Origin: Hormiphora californensis
Lineage: Eukaryota > Animalia > Ctenophora
Reading direction: 5' to 3'
NCBI GenBank assembly: GCA_020137815.1
Contig: CM035355.1
Location: 4,836,001 to 4,900,000, forward strand
DNA: 64,000 bases
Below are positions 1 through 19,968 of the stretch, one piece after another. The notes below the pieces were generated by a model, which did not search any database, was not told where the DNA came from, and saw nothing but the letters and a program-made list of their open reading frames with translations. The position numbers and the translations under genes were made by a program. How positions within the stretch are numbered: the stretch's first letter is position 1; each line of letters opens with the position of its first letter.

Positions 1-1931
1 TGGATCAAATGAACCGAACGTGGGAGTTATAAGAGCTTTTCATAAATAGCCCTCATCACTTCACGGCGATTGGGTATGGAAATAGCTATGGAAAATGTAA
101 CAAAATGAAGGAAGGTTTATTATGATATGTAGTAGAATGATAGTCTATAACTGAAGAGGATAAAACAAAACGGGAAGCACACGCTGTGCCACGTTGTCTA
201 TAACTAATGCGAGTTTTCCAGCGAAATAAAATAAAAGGGAAGTTATTTAGCAACTTGGTCCAATCATCAGAATGAATCTGAGAACTGATCGATGCCTTCT
301 TTTAAGCAGTGCAGGGTGTGAGCCCTGAAAGAGTAGAATTACCAGCAACTAACGTAGAAATGACGCCATTATCATAGTGCACGTTCTTACCAATCTAAAT
401 TATAAACAACAAAATATAACAACACACTGATGACGAAGATTGATGCATCATTTGGAGTACGTTAAACGTTAGTGTGACGTTACTAGCTTAGTCATTTTCG
501 CAGTACTGACAGTCTGAAAGGTCACAATTTGCAGCTGATCGTTGATGTAAGCAGTTGTACTTGTTTCGTCACTAGGATTAAATATCACTCGTCGACAAAA
601 CAACTTAGTATTTCACCGCATCACACACTTCAAATAACAAATACTGGCCTGGAGTATATTGTGCAACAAGTCTTTAAAAAAGCTAGGGTTAAATATCACT
701 CGTTGACAAAACAAAGTATTCCTCTGTATCACACCTCAAAAAACAAATACTGGCCTGGAGTTTAGACTATTGTGCAACAAACCTTTAAAAAGCTCACAGT
801 CATATGTGAAATGGAAGTCTAAACGGGGGGGGGGGGGGGGGGGCCATTATATTCACACCTGTTCATAATGCTATATCTAGAAAGTAGAAACAAAAGGGCA
901 TGAACAAAAGAGGCAGAAATGGAGACAGATGTTTTTAACGTGGAAGTGGTGCGGCACAAGGCCATGATATGTTTTGTTCAAACCCGGCACCCGCGAAAGG
1001 AAGTAGAACTAGGCAAGCCATGAGATTGCATACAAGACACTAGTGATGAATATACTGCTACAGCCCCACAATATCATTTACATATTTACTTATAATCGGG
1101 AATTCTGACTAAGCTAAAGAGTTGACCAACTTTGTGGGAAAATGAGCCATGTCTACGTGGGTAGTATCATAATACTAGGAAAGTCGTTGGGCGTTGTGTC
1201 ATGCGTGTTTAAGACAGGACATGGGTTACTAAAGATAAGATGCTTATCAAGCTAGAATGAGACCAGGAGAAATGTGAACACATCTCGAAACGTGGCCTCC
1301 CAATTTTGAGATATATCTACAACAGCTCCAACATCTCTCAGCTGCAAAACAAAAAAGATCCATTGATAGACAGTACAATCTATCTTTTGCTCTCTTTAGT
1401 CAAAGTAACAATCTCTCTTTTGCTCTCTGTATAGGCAAAGTGACGATCTAGCATCAAAGTACCATTATAGACAACACAGTGTCAGAGTGTTACACTAACG
1501 GAGCGCTGTCTATAGTTTAAAGTAGTACACCAAGTGTGTTAAAAATCTGAACACATTAGAGAGGGCTGCAGCTGATTTGTATTGTTCATACTATTATGCA
1601 ACAGCACAACAGCTGATAGAAAGTTTATAATGTGGCGGTATGTGATGTAGTATTGGACGGCTTACAGATGAGGGGTGAAGAAGGAGAGATGTGGTGGTTA
1701 CTAGAGTGAGCTGGTATATGGATGTTAGAACATGAGAATTGAGACAGCAAGATGAAACAACTCCGACCACTATATTCTCTTTTGAGTTGAGAAAGATGAG
1801 CGGTCAGGCATACGACAGCAGCAGTAGGTCAAATTATATGACTCTCTCACCATCTAGCTGTCTCATCCTACTCCCCTCCATCATTCTTTCTCTGTCTGTC
1901 TCTCTGTCTTTCTCTCTCTGTCTTTCTCTCT

Positions 1932-1987
<56 letters not shown>

Positions 1988-2456
1988 TTTTTCACTATCT
2001 TCCACTATGTCTCACTCTCCCTTCCGTAGAACAGTGTTCTGTCGAGCAGCTAAATTTTAGCTGTTCACTGCTATAAAAGGTCAGCCAACAAATTTCCGGG
2101 TACAAATGTCCTTGTGAGCCTACTGCGAAACCTTGCCTAGCTTTGCCAAGCTAGACTGCAATTCGCGCGCCCGAGTTTGAACAAAGCAAGCCTAGCTAGA
2201 CTCTGTTTCGCACCGCCCTTCTTTACAAATGTAAAGGAGGGTTAGAATATTTAACAAACGAAACCTATGGATGCAAGCCCTTTTATTTTCTAGATGTAGT
2301 ACATAATAATATGCGCTTTTCGGCACTCTACCGACAAAAATTTCATTTTGGGACCAATATCATTCATTTGAAATTTTACTGATATGAGTTCAAATCTAAA
2401 TAGGACGATATACGAAAAGTTTTAGGTATCTTGTCAATCTTTAATCGACAGTGTAA

Positions 2457-7647
<5,191 letters not shown>

Positions 7648-8815
7648 ACAAACTGAGAGAATATTCCATAATTGATAGAAGTTGCAGAGAGAAACATTGT
7701 TCGTTTATTTGTCTGTCTGTATGTTTGTATGTAGGTGTGGAATAAACTGGGCGGAGCCTTGAATTGTATCTTCAGGGTTTGGATATTATTTGTTCACACA
7801 GAACTAATTATATAACTCGAGCACCTTGGATATTGACACAGCTACAATAATTGTTCAGTCGACTGCGACATGAGTTATAGAATTAGAAGAGTTATAGAAG
7901 AAGTTATACAACAAAAAGAGAGAGACGCAGACGTGTCTAAATTGTCTCAGTTCAGTAGCCACCTTTGTACTAAGCTTTAGTAGCCTATTACAATAGCAGT
8001 GCTTTGTGTGCTAGGGTTTAAAAAGGAACAATTGGGCGACAGAGAAAGAGAGGCCCTACTATGCGAGAAAGAAAGAGCTAGAGGAAGAAAGAGACGTACG
8101 GACTGAAAATGTTTTTTAGCCAGAAACTATTTTATTTCTTGATGTGTAAATTGTAAAATATCTATATTCAGTTTCACCTGTTCACAGAACCACGAGTTTT
8201 TCAATTATTATGGCTCTGTGCCAAATTAAAGCTAAGGGAGAGAACTAAACTAAAACTGAGAAGCTCTTTTCGAATTTCATCAACACTTGCGCTTCCATCT
8301 CGCGTGGTTCCCAATACAGTGCGCGGCGCAATGAAATACTGAAATGGTACACTTTCATCAGATGAAACAACTCGCGCGCGCCATTTCTCTTGTCTCTCAG
8401 CATGCTCTCTCTTTCTCGATGCGCTTTCTTCCCACGGCGAATGAGTGCCGACCCAGTTCCCATGTAAGCCCTTCTTCTTGCCCAACAAGCGAGGGAGAGA
8501 GAGAACGAATTGAAGCACATCAATTTGGTTAACAACGTGAAACGGAATACAAATACCATAGAAAACCGTGTACGTCAATCACTTGCACAAACATTGATCA
8601 AGATATTACACACACACGCGGTATTAAATAATATATTCAAACGGTCAAATACAAACTATGTGAGTTCTATAGAATTTTAGGTGGTCAAAAAAGTGGGTAT
8701 CAAAAAAACAACAATGTCATACATCGCACGATCTTGTCAAAAAAGTTCATTTTTAAATAAAAAACAAAATATTGTCTCGCAACTGGGCTAGTTCATCACA
8801 TTTCAAGATATCTCA

Positions 8816-11367
8816 TCATCTCATATACCTATCACCCCCAACAGAGGCCGCGAATGCAAACTTCTTATTTTGCTGTTTCTGGTCCCACCACAGTTCGTAC
8901 TCATCACAATGTAGCAGGTATCTCCTTATTGGAGATGGCATTAGTTCCGCAGCCTCCACCACCACCGCCTCCCGACTCCGATATTTCTCCTCCCCATCTC
9001 GGTTATCTTCAACAAGAGAAGGTTTCCTATCTTGTAGAAGAGATGTTTTCCGTTTTATGTGAGATAGCTCGGTGTTGTTTGGGCGGGTTGTGTTGCGGAG
9101 GAAGGGCGTGTCGAGGGGTTGTTGGAGCGTTTGGAGTCGGTTCAGACCCTCGGGACCAGCTACTCGCCTGATCTTTAGTCGACAGAGAGCTTGGAGAGAG
9201 GGGACGGAACCTGGGGAAAGGAGGGGTTAGTTTTGTTTAAATTATAGCAGGGAGGAGTCAGTCTAGTCTGTGTGTTGGTGAGAGAAAAGAGAGAGGATGA
9301 CAGTGCCAAAAGAAGATCTAGAGAAAGATGACATAAGATCATACTTGCCTAGATAGACTGTGTTTTCTACACAAGATCACGCCTCGAGAGCAATGTTACG
9401 ATTTGAGTAAGTAATACTACAATCTTTAGTACACTGTTATACTCTCTCTCTCTCTCCTACTGCACTATAAGTATAACTCTCACTTTTCTTACAGATACTC
9501 TCAGCTTTGTATCATTAAACTATTCCAAAAATATTCCCCAAAAGTACACAATTCTAAATTGAGTAAGATCAATGATTCAAGGGAGATATTTCCCTCTTCC
9601 GCCCCGCCCCCACCGAGAGCTAACCCTCCTTTCATCTTTTTATGTTCTAACCGAGCAAGGCAACTTTTACCACAGCTCCTGATACTACTGTCACCCACGC
9701 CCCAATGAGGGAGCTTTAAGCCGATGTTGATTAAAGATACTCAACAACAACAATGTGAGAATTAAATCCCTCCTCCCCCTCTACTAAATAACATCTCTCT
9801 TGGTGCTTATGTCTGCCTCTCTCTGTATCTGTCTCTCTGTAACCCCCTGTCCTTAGGGGAGTATGTGCCGTAGTTCCATGAGATGATATCCCGCTTATTA
9901 AGTCTAATCTTACCATGTCTTAGTCCTTTCTTTATCTCTCTATATGTCCCACTGTCTCTCTCCTCTGTCTCTCTCTCTATCTCTCTCTCACTCTCTCTCT
10001 CTCTCTCTCTACCCCCTCTATCTATCCTCTTACCCTTCTCTATCTGATCTCTTTGCGGTAGGGGCAGTGGACCGCAGCTAAGTGTTATATCTCAGGGGGT
10101 CTTGTACGTCATGAGGCCCATTGTGGCTGAATCTCGCCCCTTGAAACAAACACCACAAACAGACAGAGAATAAATAATTACCAACCACAAACAAAACCTT
10201 CAGAAAATCCTCACATAGATGACAGACATACAAACGGATAATAATTCATGGTTAATATGACACCAGACATAACACGCCTTGTTAATGAGCCAATATAAAA
10301 TATATGTAGAGCCATTTGCCAAAGAAATGAGTTACACTCCAACCAAGCTACAATTAAAGGTTGACAAGATACCTAAAACTTTTCGCATATCGTCTTATTT
10401 TGATTTATCATTAATTTTCAGCATTTTTTCAGAATTTTTTGTCGGCTAGAAATATGTACAAAATAGGGGGTCTACTGACAAATGAGTGTGCCTTTTTTAA
10501 AATTGATAACGTAATATCTCCGGTTCCTGATGAGATACAGAAACCGTTTTGGTAGCGTTGGAAAGGTCTTATTGAGACCAATCCAACGCAACCAAGATCA
10601 AGTCTTTATCTTTTGAGGAACCGGAAACGTGAATTTCAATTTGCGAGACGCAGTGAGTGTGCCCAGTAAAACCAGTGCTGACAATATCGGTAGACCCCCT
10701 ATTTCGAATTTTTTTCTAGCCGACAAAAAATTCTGAAAAAATGCTGAAAATTAATGATAAATCAAAATAAGACGATATACGAAAAGTTTTAGGTATCTTG
10801 TCAACCTTTAACATTATCTCTCTCTCTCATCTCTATCTCCTTCTCTCTATCTTTCTCTCTCTCTCTCTCTCTCATCTCTCCCTCTCTCTCTCGCTTTCTA
10901 CTTCTCTCTTTCTCTCTGACATTTACCATTTTCATGAAATATATACCCAGATCATTATTCAATTGCAATTGAACCAATCCCAGCTTCCTCTCCGGCAGGA
11001 ATCGGTGGAGACAGACAGACACACAACGAAACAGACATTATACAGACAATTATATTACACATGTGTACCTCCCAGTTCCCCACACCCCAACCAAAATAAA
11101 CACGTGTTCTAACCTATAGACAGACAATAGACACACCCAATACCCACAGACATGACAGACAGACAGACAGACAACACTATATTGTAGACACACACAGTTT
11201 GGGTGAATTGCTTCACCTGCACTAATGACTTGGCCCACCGCACAATTAACTGTTTTTCTTGTTGCTTTAGCACATGAGTCAGCTGCATGTAGTAGTCGTG
11301 GGGCGGGGTGGTTAATTTAGACACATGCTATTTTAGGTGAGCCACTTATATCATATTCATCTCTCTA

Positions 11368-11402
<35 letters not shown>

Positions 11403-13103
11403 NNNNNNNNNNNNNNNNNNNNNNNNNNNNNNNNNNNNNNNNNNNNNNNNNNNNNNNNNNNNNNNNNNNNNNNNNNNNNNNNNNNNNNNNNNNNNNNNNN
11501 NNCGATTCTCTCTACTCTATCTCTCTCCGCTCTCTCTCTGGTTCGTCTCTCTCTCTCTCGTCTCCTATCTATCGCTCTCGCTCTCGAGAGAGAAAGAAAG
11601 AAAAAAGAAGAGAAAATACAGACACAGCTGCGTACTTTACGCCAAAATACCCAGCCCTAGTTTACACCGTAATACCCTCTCCCGTAACATACAGACGGCA
11701 GGGCATTGGGTACTGGTATTTCCATGTGACCTGCCAGGCGACAAACGTTCCGACATAATGGGTGCAAGAACAAAGTTGACTGTAATAAAACTATAGCTTC
11801 CGAAAAAGCGTGGGGTTTTTGTGGAGCCGGAAAAATTAAAAGGGTGAAGGAAAAGGGGGACGGAAAAAAATATAGAACGTGTGCGGGTTTTATTCAGATT
11901 CGTCAGTAAACAAAAAAGTAAAGACATATTTCCCCAAAATTTTTTGATTTTAAGAATCAAAGACATTTCCCAGAGCATTGAGACAATAGTTGAATGAGTC
12001 ATGGTGGTTTCCCCTGATGCCGGGGTAGGAGGGTTTGGAGGGGATCAGAGAACAGGTCTGTGTTCCCCAACCGATCCCGACATTGAAAAGATCGGGGGTT
12101 ATGATTAGGGAACACGGTGCTCCTGAAGGATTAGGAATCAGGGAGTAGTAGTAGGAGGGGTCAGAGAGGATTAAGTTTGGACACATTGCGTCAACAAGAG
12201 TTATTGAGTTCTACTGCCCCCATCCGGCACCCCCTATAATAACTACTACTGCAGCAGCCGCAAGTAAGGAATGCTCCCCCAGTCAGGCCGACCTCACAGG
12301 AATTCTGCCACTAAGTAGAAGTGTTTCAGTCGCTATAACAACATTGAACACCCCCCTGGATATATCTAACCTTATACCTACAGCTACTCCATAGTGCTAC
12401 TCTTAGATATCATTTCTCTCTCTAGCTTCCCCCTGGAATTCATCATCATTTTCTTTGACTACCACCGGTCCCTTCCATCATTCATCCCCGACACTCTTAG
12501 AAGAAGAAGAAGAATCCCCGGTATCGGGACCCACTCTGCCCCCTGGTAGTCGGTAGACTATTCAGTCTCTCCAACCCCCCCTCCGTGATACTAGTATCCT
12601 TGTTCTAGGTATGCATGTTATGTGTGACCTAGTATCATGGTGTGTGGTCATAACTTGCGTCATTACAACTTGGGAGGAGGTTGAGGGCGGAACCAAAAAT
12701 AAGAAGAAGAAAGGGAGACCCCCGCCCCCCCCCCCCCCCTCTCCCCCGGGACTAAAATTTTAAATTGCTGTGCTTGCGGGGGGTGAAAAGGAGAAAAAGA
12801 AGGATGTTTTTGGGGGGAAAAAAATAAGTAAAAGGGAGAAAAGAAAAGGTGAAGTAGGGGAAATAAAAAAAAAGGGGGGTTAGAGTTCTAAAAGGATCTA
12901 TTGAATCAATAACTTCTCATGTGATGATACTTGCTCTACTAAATCAACAGGCGGAAAACCTTTTCCCCTCGAAAAAGACGGAAAGTGAACCAAAAAGGGG
13001 GAAAGATAAACAGAAAAGAGAGAGAGAAGAAAGGGATGAAGAGATAGAGGAGATTGGGGGGAAGGGAACTTAGGGTTCACGCCCTCCCCAATCCCCTTTT
13101 TTT

Positions 13104-13135
<32 letters not shown>

Positions 13136-16100
13136 TTCTTATTCCCTCCTTTTTTAAAGGGGGGGGGGGGGGGGGGGGTAAAGGAGGGGGGAGGGGGGCT
13201 AATTAGAAAAGGAGAGAGAAAAACGAGAGAAAAATCCCATTTCCCCAAGCCCCTCCCCTGCCAGACAAAAAAAAAAGAAAAGCGCATCTTTTTTTAGGGG
13301 TTTTCCCTTTACCATCCCCAAAAAAAAAAAAACCGCACCCCCCACACCCCCCCCTTTCTCCCCACCCTCTCTCTTATTTATCAAATTCTCTCCCCACCCC
13401 ACTCTCCTCCCCCCAAAAAATTTTTTTCCCACCCTTGGCCCTTTAGTCGGCCAAGTTTTGGCTGGGGGATGCAAGGTAAAATCTAGATGGCGGCCCAATT
13501 TTGAAATTAAATTGGGCTATTTAAACCGATTTTAAAACAAAGTATACCCGGGAAAAAATAGGTTGGGTATAGATGAAAGATAAATACCGGAATGATCATT
13601 ACATTTTAGAAAATGTTTTAAAATCCCTAAAATTATGATTTTGGGAAGTCTATTATATACCATTTTTCTAGACTAAAATCATTGATCTTTATAAGAATAA
13701 AGGTAAACCACACAATTACCCCCGTCTCCCCCCGCGACAAAAAAGGGGTTTATTGGTGTGCTAAGTTTTCTCCCCGAAAAAAAAAATTGGGTACTATATT
13801 ACGTGTGTCTAGATTTCTCACTCATTCTGCATTCTTCTCTCATCTTACTTGAAATTACGAGAAATTTAGCGTAGGTAGTGAGATATGACATAATCACAGT
13901 CACTAACTTTCAAATCACTACTGAGAATGAGAATTGGGAGAGGGTCGCGGGAGAGGGAACATCTTTAGAGATGAGAAAGTGTGAGAAAAAGGTAAAATAA
14001 CAAGTGCTTATAATGTGTGACATACCGTGTGCGGCAAAAAAAATGCCCCCCCTAGACCACCATAGTTGCCGATGTGGTGGAGAGCTGTAACTTGGCAGGG
14101 TTGCTCCACTATGTCTATCTTGATCCTGACAGAAAAATCAGAGCTCTAGCTCAAAATTCATTTTCATGAACGGAATGAACATTGTCATTCATTCCAGGAA
14201 AAAATATTTTCCGGTTCAAAATTTAACCAATTATGTTTGGCTATCGATTAGCTTTCCAATGTGACCAAGATCAGCTAAATTGGACAACCACAAGAGACAC
14301 AGTGTCATGTTTCTTAAAGTTAGTCAGGTCATGTGATCTTCACTGAATCGTTGATCGTGTTCAGTATTACGAATTGGTCTAAGTGGTAGAGAATCACGTA
14401 TCACATCTGCTAATGAGGGATGACGATGCTGATTGGTCATCAGATCTGTAGCTCTTTGATAAATGTCCTCTTTCCTCGAATCACATCACCCTGTATTGGT
14501 ACACATACCCAATTAGCGGCCATGATACGAGATTCCTTTGCCCATTGGCCCGATTAGCAATCCCGGAAACTCAACGATTCGGTGGAGATCACATGACCTG
14601 ACTAACTTAAAGCAACATGACACTGTGTCTCTTGTGGTTGTCCAATTTAGCTGATCTTGGTCACATTGGAAAGCAAATCGATAGCCAAACATAATTAGTT
14701 AAATTTTGGACCGGAAAATATTTTTTCCTGGAATGAATGACAATGTTCATTCCGTTCATGAAAATGAATTTTGAGCTAGAGCTCTGATTTTTCTGTCAGG
14801 ATCAAGATAGACATAGTGGAGCAACCCTGCCAAGTTACAGCTCTCCACCACATCGGCAACTATGGTGGTCTAGGGGGGGCATTTTTTTTGCCGCACACGG
14901 TATTAGAAGCAGCTATTTTTTATTTTAGTCTGTGACCTGTTGTAATGTGGTGTGGTGATCAAATCCCGCCCTAACAATTCCCAATAACTTGTAGAGAGAC
15001 ATTACATAGCTGAAGAAAAACATACATTACCCCAAGGCCCGGCCCAAATCATACGCTCACATACTGCTCAACTTTAAGACAAGAGGACATTTAGGGGGCA
15101 TTAAATTGGGGTCACACATTGTTGAGTAAGACTAGGTAAGAGAGAATTTCTCAACAAGACACATATGGAGAAGTGTAAAAACCGAAACTCACATATCAGG
15201 AATGAAAGTAGAGAATGGTCGTGATCCATAGTGAAGTAACAGCCTCACAGTCGGGACATTGTTGTGCTGTACAGCTAGTTGTAGGGAGGTGTACCCGGAT
15301 TTCACTGAGTCGTAGTCTGGTTCAGCACCTGGAGAGGGGGAAGGAAGGTGGTTAAAGAGGGGGTTAGGGAGATCAAGTGGGCGGGGAGACCACCTTCAGC
15401 ACCTGGAGGGAAGTTGGGGATGTTAAATATGAGAGGGAGAACGGTTAAAGGAGGGGAGGGGGTGAATGAAGGAAGGTAGCGGGGAAGAGATTTACTTCTC
15501 TACTACGTTCTTCTCCCCCTCTCCCTTCTCTATGAGCATGTGTGTCATATGTGTGAGATAGAGATGGAGAGATAGAAACTAGAAAGATAGAGATAGAGAG
15601 AGGGAGAGAGTTAACACTTCCATAGTGACACACGCATGGCGAACAAGACAAAGAACTTCAGGCAAAGTTAGATGAAAGGCGCTTTCGACACACTAACATG
15701 CGATAAGAGTCGTGTTGTTATGTATTCTAAGCTAGGGTCCAGCAAGGTAAGAGTTGTAATGTGAGTTGTCGGGTAAGCCCGCTTTAGTATAGCAATGAGA
15801 GAAGAAGAAAGATATGACCATCCGAAAGAAAGTTTACGTTCAAAGTTCTAACCTTTATTTTGAGAACAGAACCGGAACAGAGATTAGATAAGAATAGAGC
15901 AGAATTTCAAACCCAAAATTTAAAAAGTTAAATATTAGCAGGTCTGATATTTACCTGAATTGAGAAGTATGGCAACACAACCATCAGCTCCCCGTCTCCT
16001 ACTAGCAAAATGAAGGGGTGTCATTCCATCATAGTCTGCACCATCAACCAGGGCTCCACTTCTTATCAATTCCTGCAGGAAGTGAGGTAATGCTAGGGGG

Positions 16101-17121
16101 ATAAGAGTGAAGATCTTTCTCAAAACCTGATTATTTCTCAAATGAGGAAATGTACAGTGATCCCTTGTTATGTTCGCGGGGCGCAGTGAGAGATGGTCAG
16201 GGAGGCAATTAAGACCCCTCCATTATGCGAGTGAAATGCTAAATCAGAATACCTACTGACTGGGTGTATATTAATTCATTCAGGAAGTACGTCTAGTATG
16301 AAAGGTGGTAATTAGCAACTTTCCCTCATAGTGCAACTACACCATAGTACTGCTGCTGCACACCCTAACCCTAACTGAACCTGTGACTCCATTCGCTGGA
16401 CATTAATCCCCTTCCTTTGAGTATCAAACACACACTACCCCCTTCCCTTTTCAACTATAACTATCTTTACCCTTCTCTCTACTTCCTCAACTGTCGGATG
16501 TCGACTGGTACCTACTCTTAAAAACTAAACCATTCATTCCGAAACTGTAAACCGCCATCCATCTGGAAGCAGGAATTTAGTAAACATGGTATACGTGTAT
16601 TTTACCGTTCTGAATTATTGCCGTTCCATGGATTCCAGAATCTCATTCTCGATTCCTTGCACTTTTCTTGCTCTTATTTTGCTCTTTTTCTCTCCATCTC
16701 TAAGAACAATTTGTGGCTTTAGGACATGTTTCTCTCTCTATCATCCTCTCTTTCCATCTCTCTATCCTCCCTCTATCCCTCTCTCTTTTCTCCTCTCTTC
16801 GCTCCAGGAAATACTACAGGCCCCCGTCGTTCATTCACTACACCCACCACTATCTCTTTGCTTCAGGAAGAAAGAGAGAGAAAGAAAGAGAGAAAAGAGA
16901 GAAAAAGAAAGAAAGAGAGAAAGAAGAAGTCCCTGGACTAAAATATTGTATACAATGTTTGCGGCGCACACTCTCTAAAAGCTGCAGGAGTACTGCAGTA
17001 GAACAAGTTCAGGTCACGTGGTACTCTTTTTACGGAATTTCTTGACTTGATAAGATTTCCTATCGACTGCATACTCTACTTTATCGTAGAGAGTTGTCAA
17101 CAAAAAGGAGACTGGAGGACG

Positions 17122-17216
<95 letters not shown>

Positions 17217-17272
17217 TAGTTGTGCTACAAGGCTTCTAAACCCAGAAACCTTTCATTTCAGCTGCAGGGAGT

Positions 17273-17355
<83 letters not shown>

Positions 17356-19968
17356 CACCTCTCTCCTACTCACTCACATCTGTTTTTAACAGGTGGAGAG
17401 GGAGAATACTAAACAGCTTGGACCAGTTAGGGATAGCATGCTAGACTGTTACAATAGGCAATTGCTAACTTAGTTGAGTAGCTCCATATTGAAGCAGCGT
17501 ATATTTGTAGGTACACATGCCTACGTATTATTATTAGATCAGTGTTCAGTGCAAAACTGTGAAAAAAACAGCCTTCAGGTCGTGCAGCAACAGTACGGAT
17601 ATATACGGATAGGACAAAGAAAGATTCCGTCTTGGGGAATGAGAGTTTAACCGTGAATGATTTTGAAGACAAACTAAACGAAGTGCTAAAAACGATTGGT
17701 ATATGGACATATAAGTACATTACCTGTACGCATTGTTCGTTAGAGTTAGCAGAGGCAAGGTGTAGTGCTGTTCTCCCGTTGTAGTCCACTGCATTTACAT
17801 TACAACCTAGGGAAGGGGAGGATGGGTTAGGAATGATAGTATTATAACCTAGAGGAGGGAGGATGAGTATAGTAAGGAATAATATGGGGTTTTCAAGAGT
17901 TTCGATATGTGTTAAATGGGACACTTGTCCTTTTAATTTTCACATGTGTTGGAGTGAATTTGTTCAGGAACAATCCATGTCATTCTCCCCTCTCGACCCC
18001 CCTGAGGGCATTAGACTCGTGTGTGTTTCCCACTCCTACGCGTCTCTCACTTAAGGGTGCAATTTCCTGTCCTATAGTCTGATCGGGGGCCCTTCTAACG
18101 ATCGACACACGCTCTTTCCGGGATGCTATCTTTCTCTCTCTCTCTATCTCTCTCTCTCTCTCACCCACGTGACTCATGATGTGCTAGCATCCCGCACGTG
18201 CCAATTTGTCAGCAACTAGGTTGTCACCGAACGGGGGCAGAGCCAGACACATGGCGCCTCAGAGACAGCATGGAAGAAGTGCAGCAACTCAAGACCAATA
18301 TTCCGGGTTCGTGTCCTAACATGCCCCAACCCTCCTACTTCCTGCCCCCTCCTACTTCCTGCCCCCTCCTACTTCAATGATATCATAATTACAAACAACA
18401 ACCCTACTCCCTCGGCCATCCCTCCCTAGAAAATTCCAAGTTTTTAAAACAAGAAAATTGTAATAACATCACATCTTTTTACGGATTTACAGTATCAATT
18501 ATAGGGCGCTCTTGTGTAACAACAACAGTTGTAAAATGGACACAACTACTATAACGTGTCTCGAATTGCAAAACAATTTGGTCAGACATGGTGTCAGTTT
18601 CATGGCGACACCATCTCGACAGAACCCAAGATGGCACAATTTTTACGAAATTTTACTGTTCATACTATTGTTTGTGCGTGAAAAAGTAAAGCATGAAATA
18701 GCAATATCAATTTCATGCTTTACAATGTCAATAATAATTTGTCAAAATTTATGTCTGTCAACCTACTTCTTTGTTATCACGGGTATGTTACAAATGTGTT
18801 ATCAATGGGGGGAGGTTACAAAACATTGACCTACCTCGTTGTATGCAGAGAGCCACAGCACGTGCCCGATGGATCGTATCCCCGCTATAACTACACAACC
18901 GGTGAAGTGGCGTTTCACCCAACCTGTTCTCGCACCCCGTCACTGCTCCTGAGTTTACCAAGTACCGGAACTGAGGGAGAATGTGGGTTAGAGAGAAAGT
19001 ATATCAGAGAGTGCAGAGAAAAAGAGAAAAGTGAGTATATTATTAGCTAAGCTTTCCCACGGTAGCAGGGTGTAATAAAAGATAATGTATGTGCACAGTT
19101 AAACTTGTGAGGGCAGATAATGTGGGAAAAGGGTGGCAAACTCATAAAAACTCATTCCGAGAAGTTAGAGGGTCAATATTGGCTCCCTAACTAAGAATGA
19201 TCAGCTTTTGATATCCAATATAAGTTGCCTAAATTAAAAACCCCCAGGATCTGATTTTACCTGTAGGTAGGAAAAGTGTTCAGTGGTGGCTGCGTAGTGT
19301 AACACCCCATTATTATCAAAATCCAATGTGTTTACATTACCACCCGCCACCAACAACAACCTACTGCACTCTGCAGAAGTGAACGATCTTAGCTTGGATT
19401 ATAGTTTGGATTATAGAGTGGGGGTTATTACCTATTTGGGTTTTGGGAAAGGACTAATTTTTTAGTTTGGTTCTAATGACCACTGTGAATTATGATTACA
19501 ATATAGGACGTGGAAGGTATTGTCAGAAGGACCTGCAATTGTGTTAGACCACCCCGGAAGTGTACACTAATCAAGGTACTACTGCAAATCAGTGCTAATT
19601 ATTGGCCCCCTCCTTCACATACCAATATTGTCAGAACATTCCAGGAGGGGGGTGCGTCCGCTTCGTGTTCCTCTGGAGTTCGGGTCAGCCCCCGCGTCAA
19701 GGAGGAGTTTCAGGAAGTTTGAGTTACCACGAGAAGCCACCCAGTGTAGGGGCGTTTTAGAGTCTACCCCACCTAGCACACAGACACGCATTAGAGTTAG
19801 GAAGGGGGAGAAATCACAAGATACAAACAAAAAAGAATGTGACAAACCTGCAACGGTAGTGTCGTCTAGATCGATGGGGCTGTTCAGGCAAGCACCAGCC
19901 TTAATAGCTGACCTTAAAGAAGCCTCATCTTCATTCATAACAGCATACATAACTCCGTAGTGGGTTTT
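8816..19968 (-). CDS. Ankyrin repeat and SOCS box (ASB-like) protein, multi-exon; middle exons may be lost in the gap, start uncertain (candidate ATG near 20341)
   Basis: Minus-strand exons encode ankyrin repeats KTPLHWVASRGN...LLLDAGADPN, GVLHYAA, GETPLHRLC, GRTALHLAS, GMTPLHFAS and GYTSLQLAV. The terminal exon 8816-9210 encodes VPSLQALCRLKIRR...LMPSPIRRYLL (SOCS box). Confidence 0.8.
10354..10811. mobile_element. TTAA-flanked foldback element (Kolobok-like)
   Basis: TTAA-AGGTTGACAAGATACCTAAAACTTTTCG ... CGAAAAGTTTTAGGTATCTTGTCAACCT-TTAA, with inverted arms of about 100 bp. A partial copy ends near 2444. Confidence 0.8.
11403..13850. other. Assembly gap (100 N) followed by low-quality, homopolymer-rich sequence
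   Basis: N run at 11403-11502, then garbled CT repeats and long poly-G/A/T/C runs unlike the rest of the window. Confidence 0.8.
14023..14902. mobile_element. Long-TIR foldback DNA transposon (TA target site, Tc1/pogo-like CCGTG ends)
   Basis: TA-CCGTGTGCGGCAAAAAAAATGCCCCCCCTAGACC... is mirrored at 14902; near-perfect inverted arms of about 330 bp. Confidence 0.88.
17127..17352. repeat. Adjacent (GA)n and (CT)n microsatellites in inverted arrangement
   Basis: About 85 bp of GA repeat, a spacer of about 60 bp, then about 78 bp of CT repeat. Confidence 0.9.

Noticed and set aside
12898-13498. Pro/Gly/Lys-rich ORFs
   Set aside because: They derive from homopolymer-rich, low-quality sequence next to the N gap.
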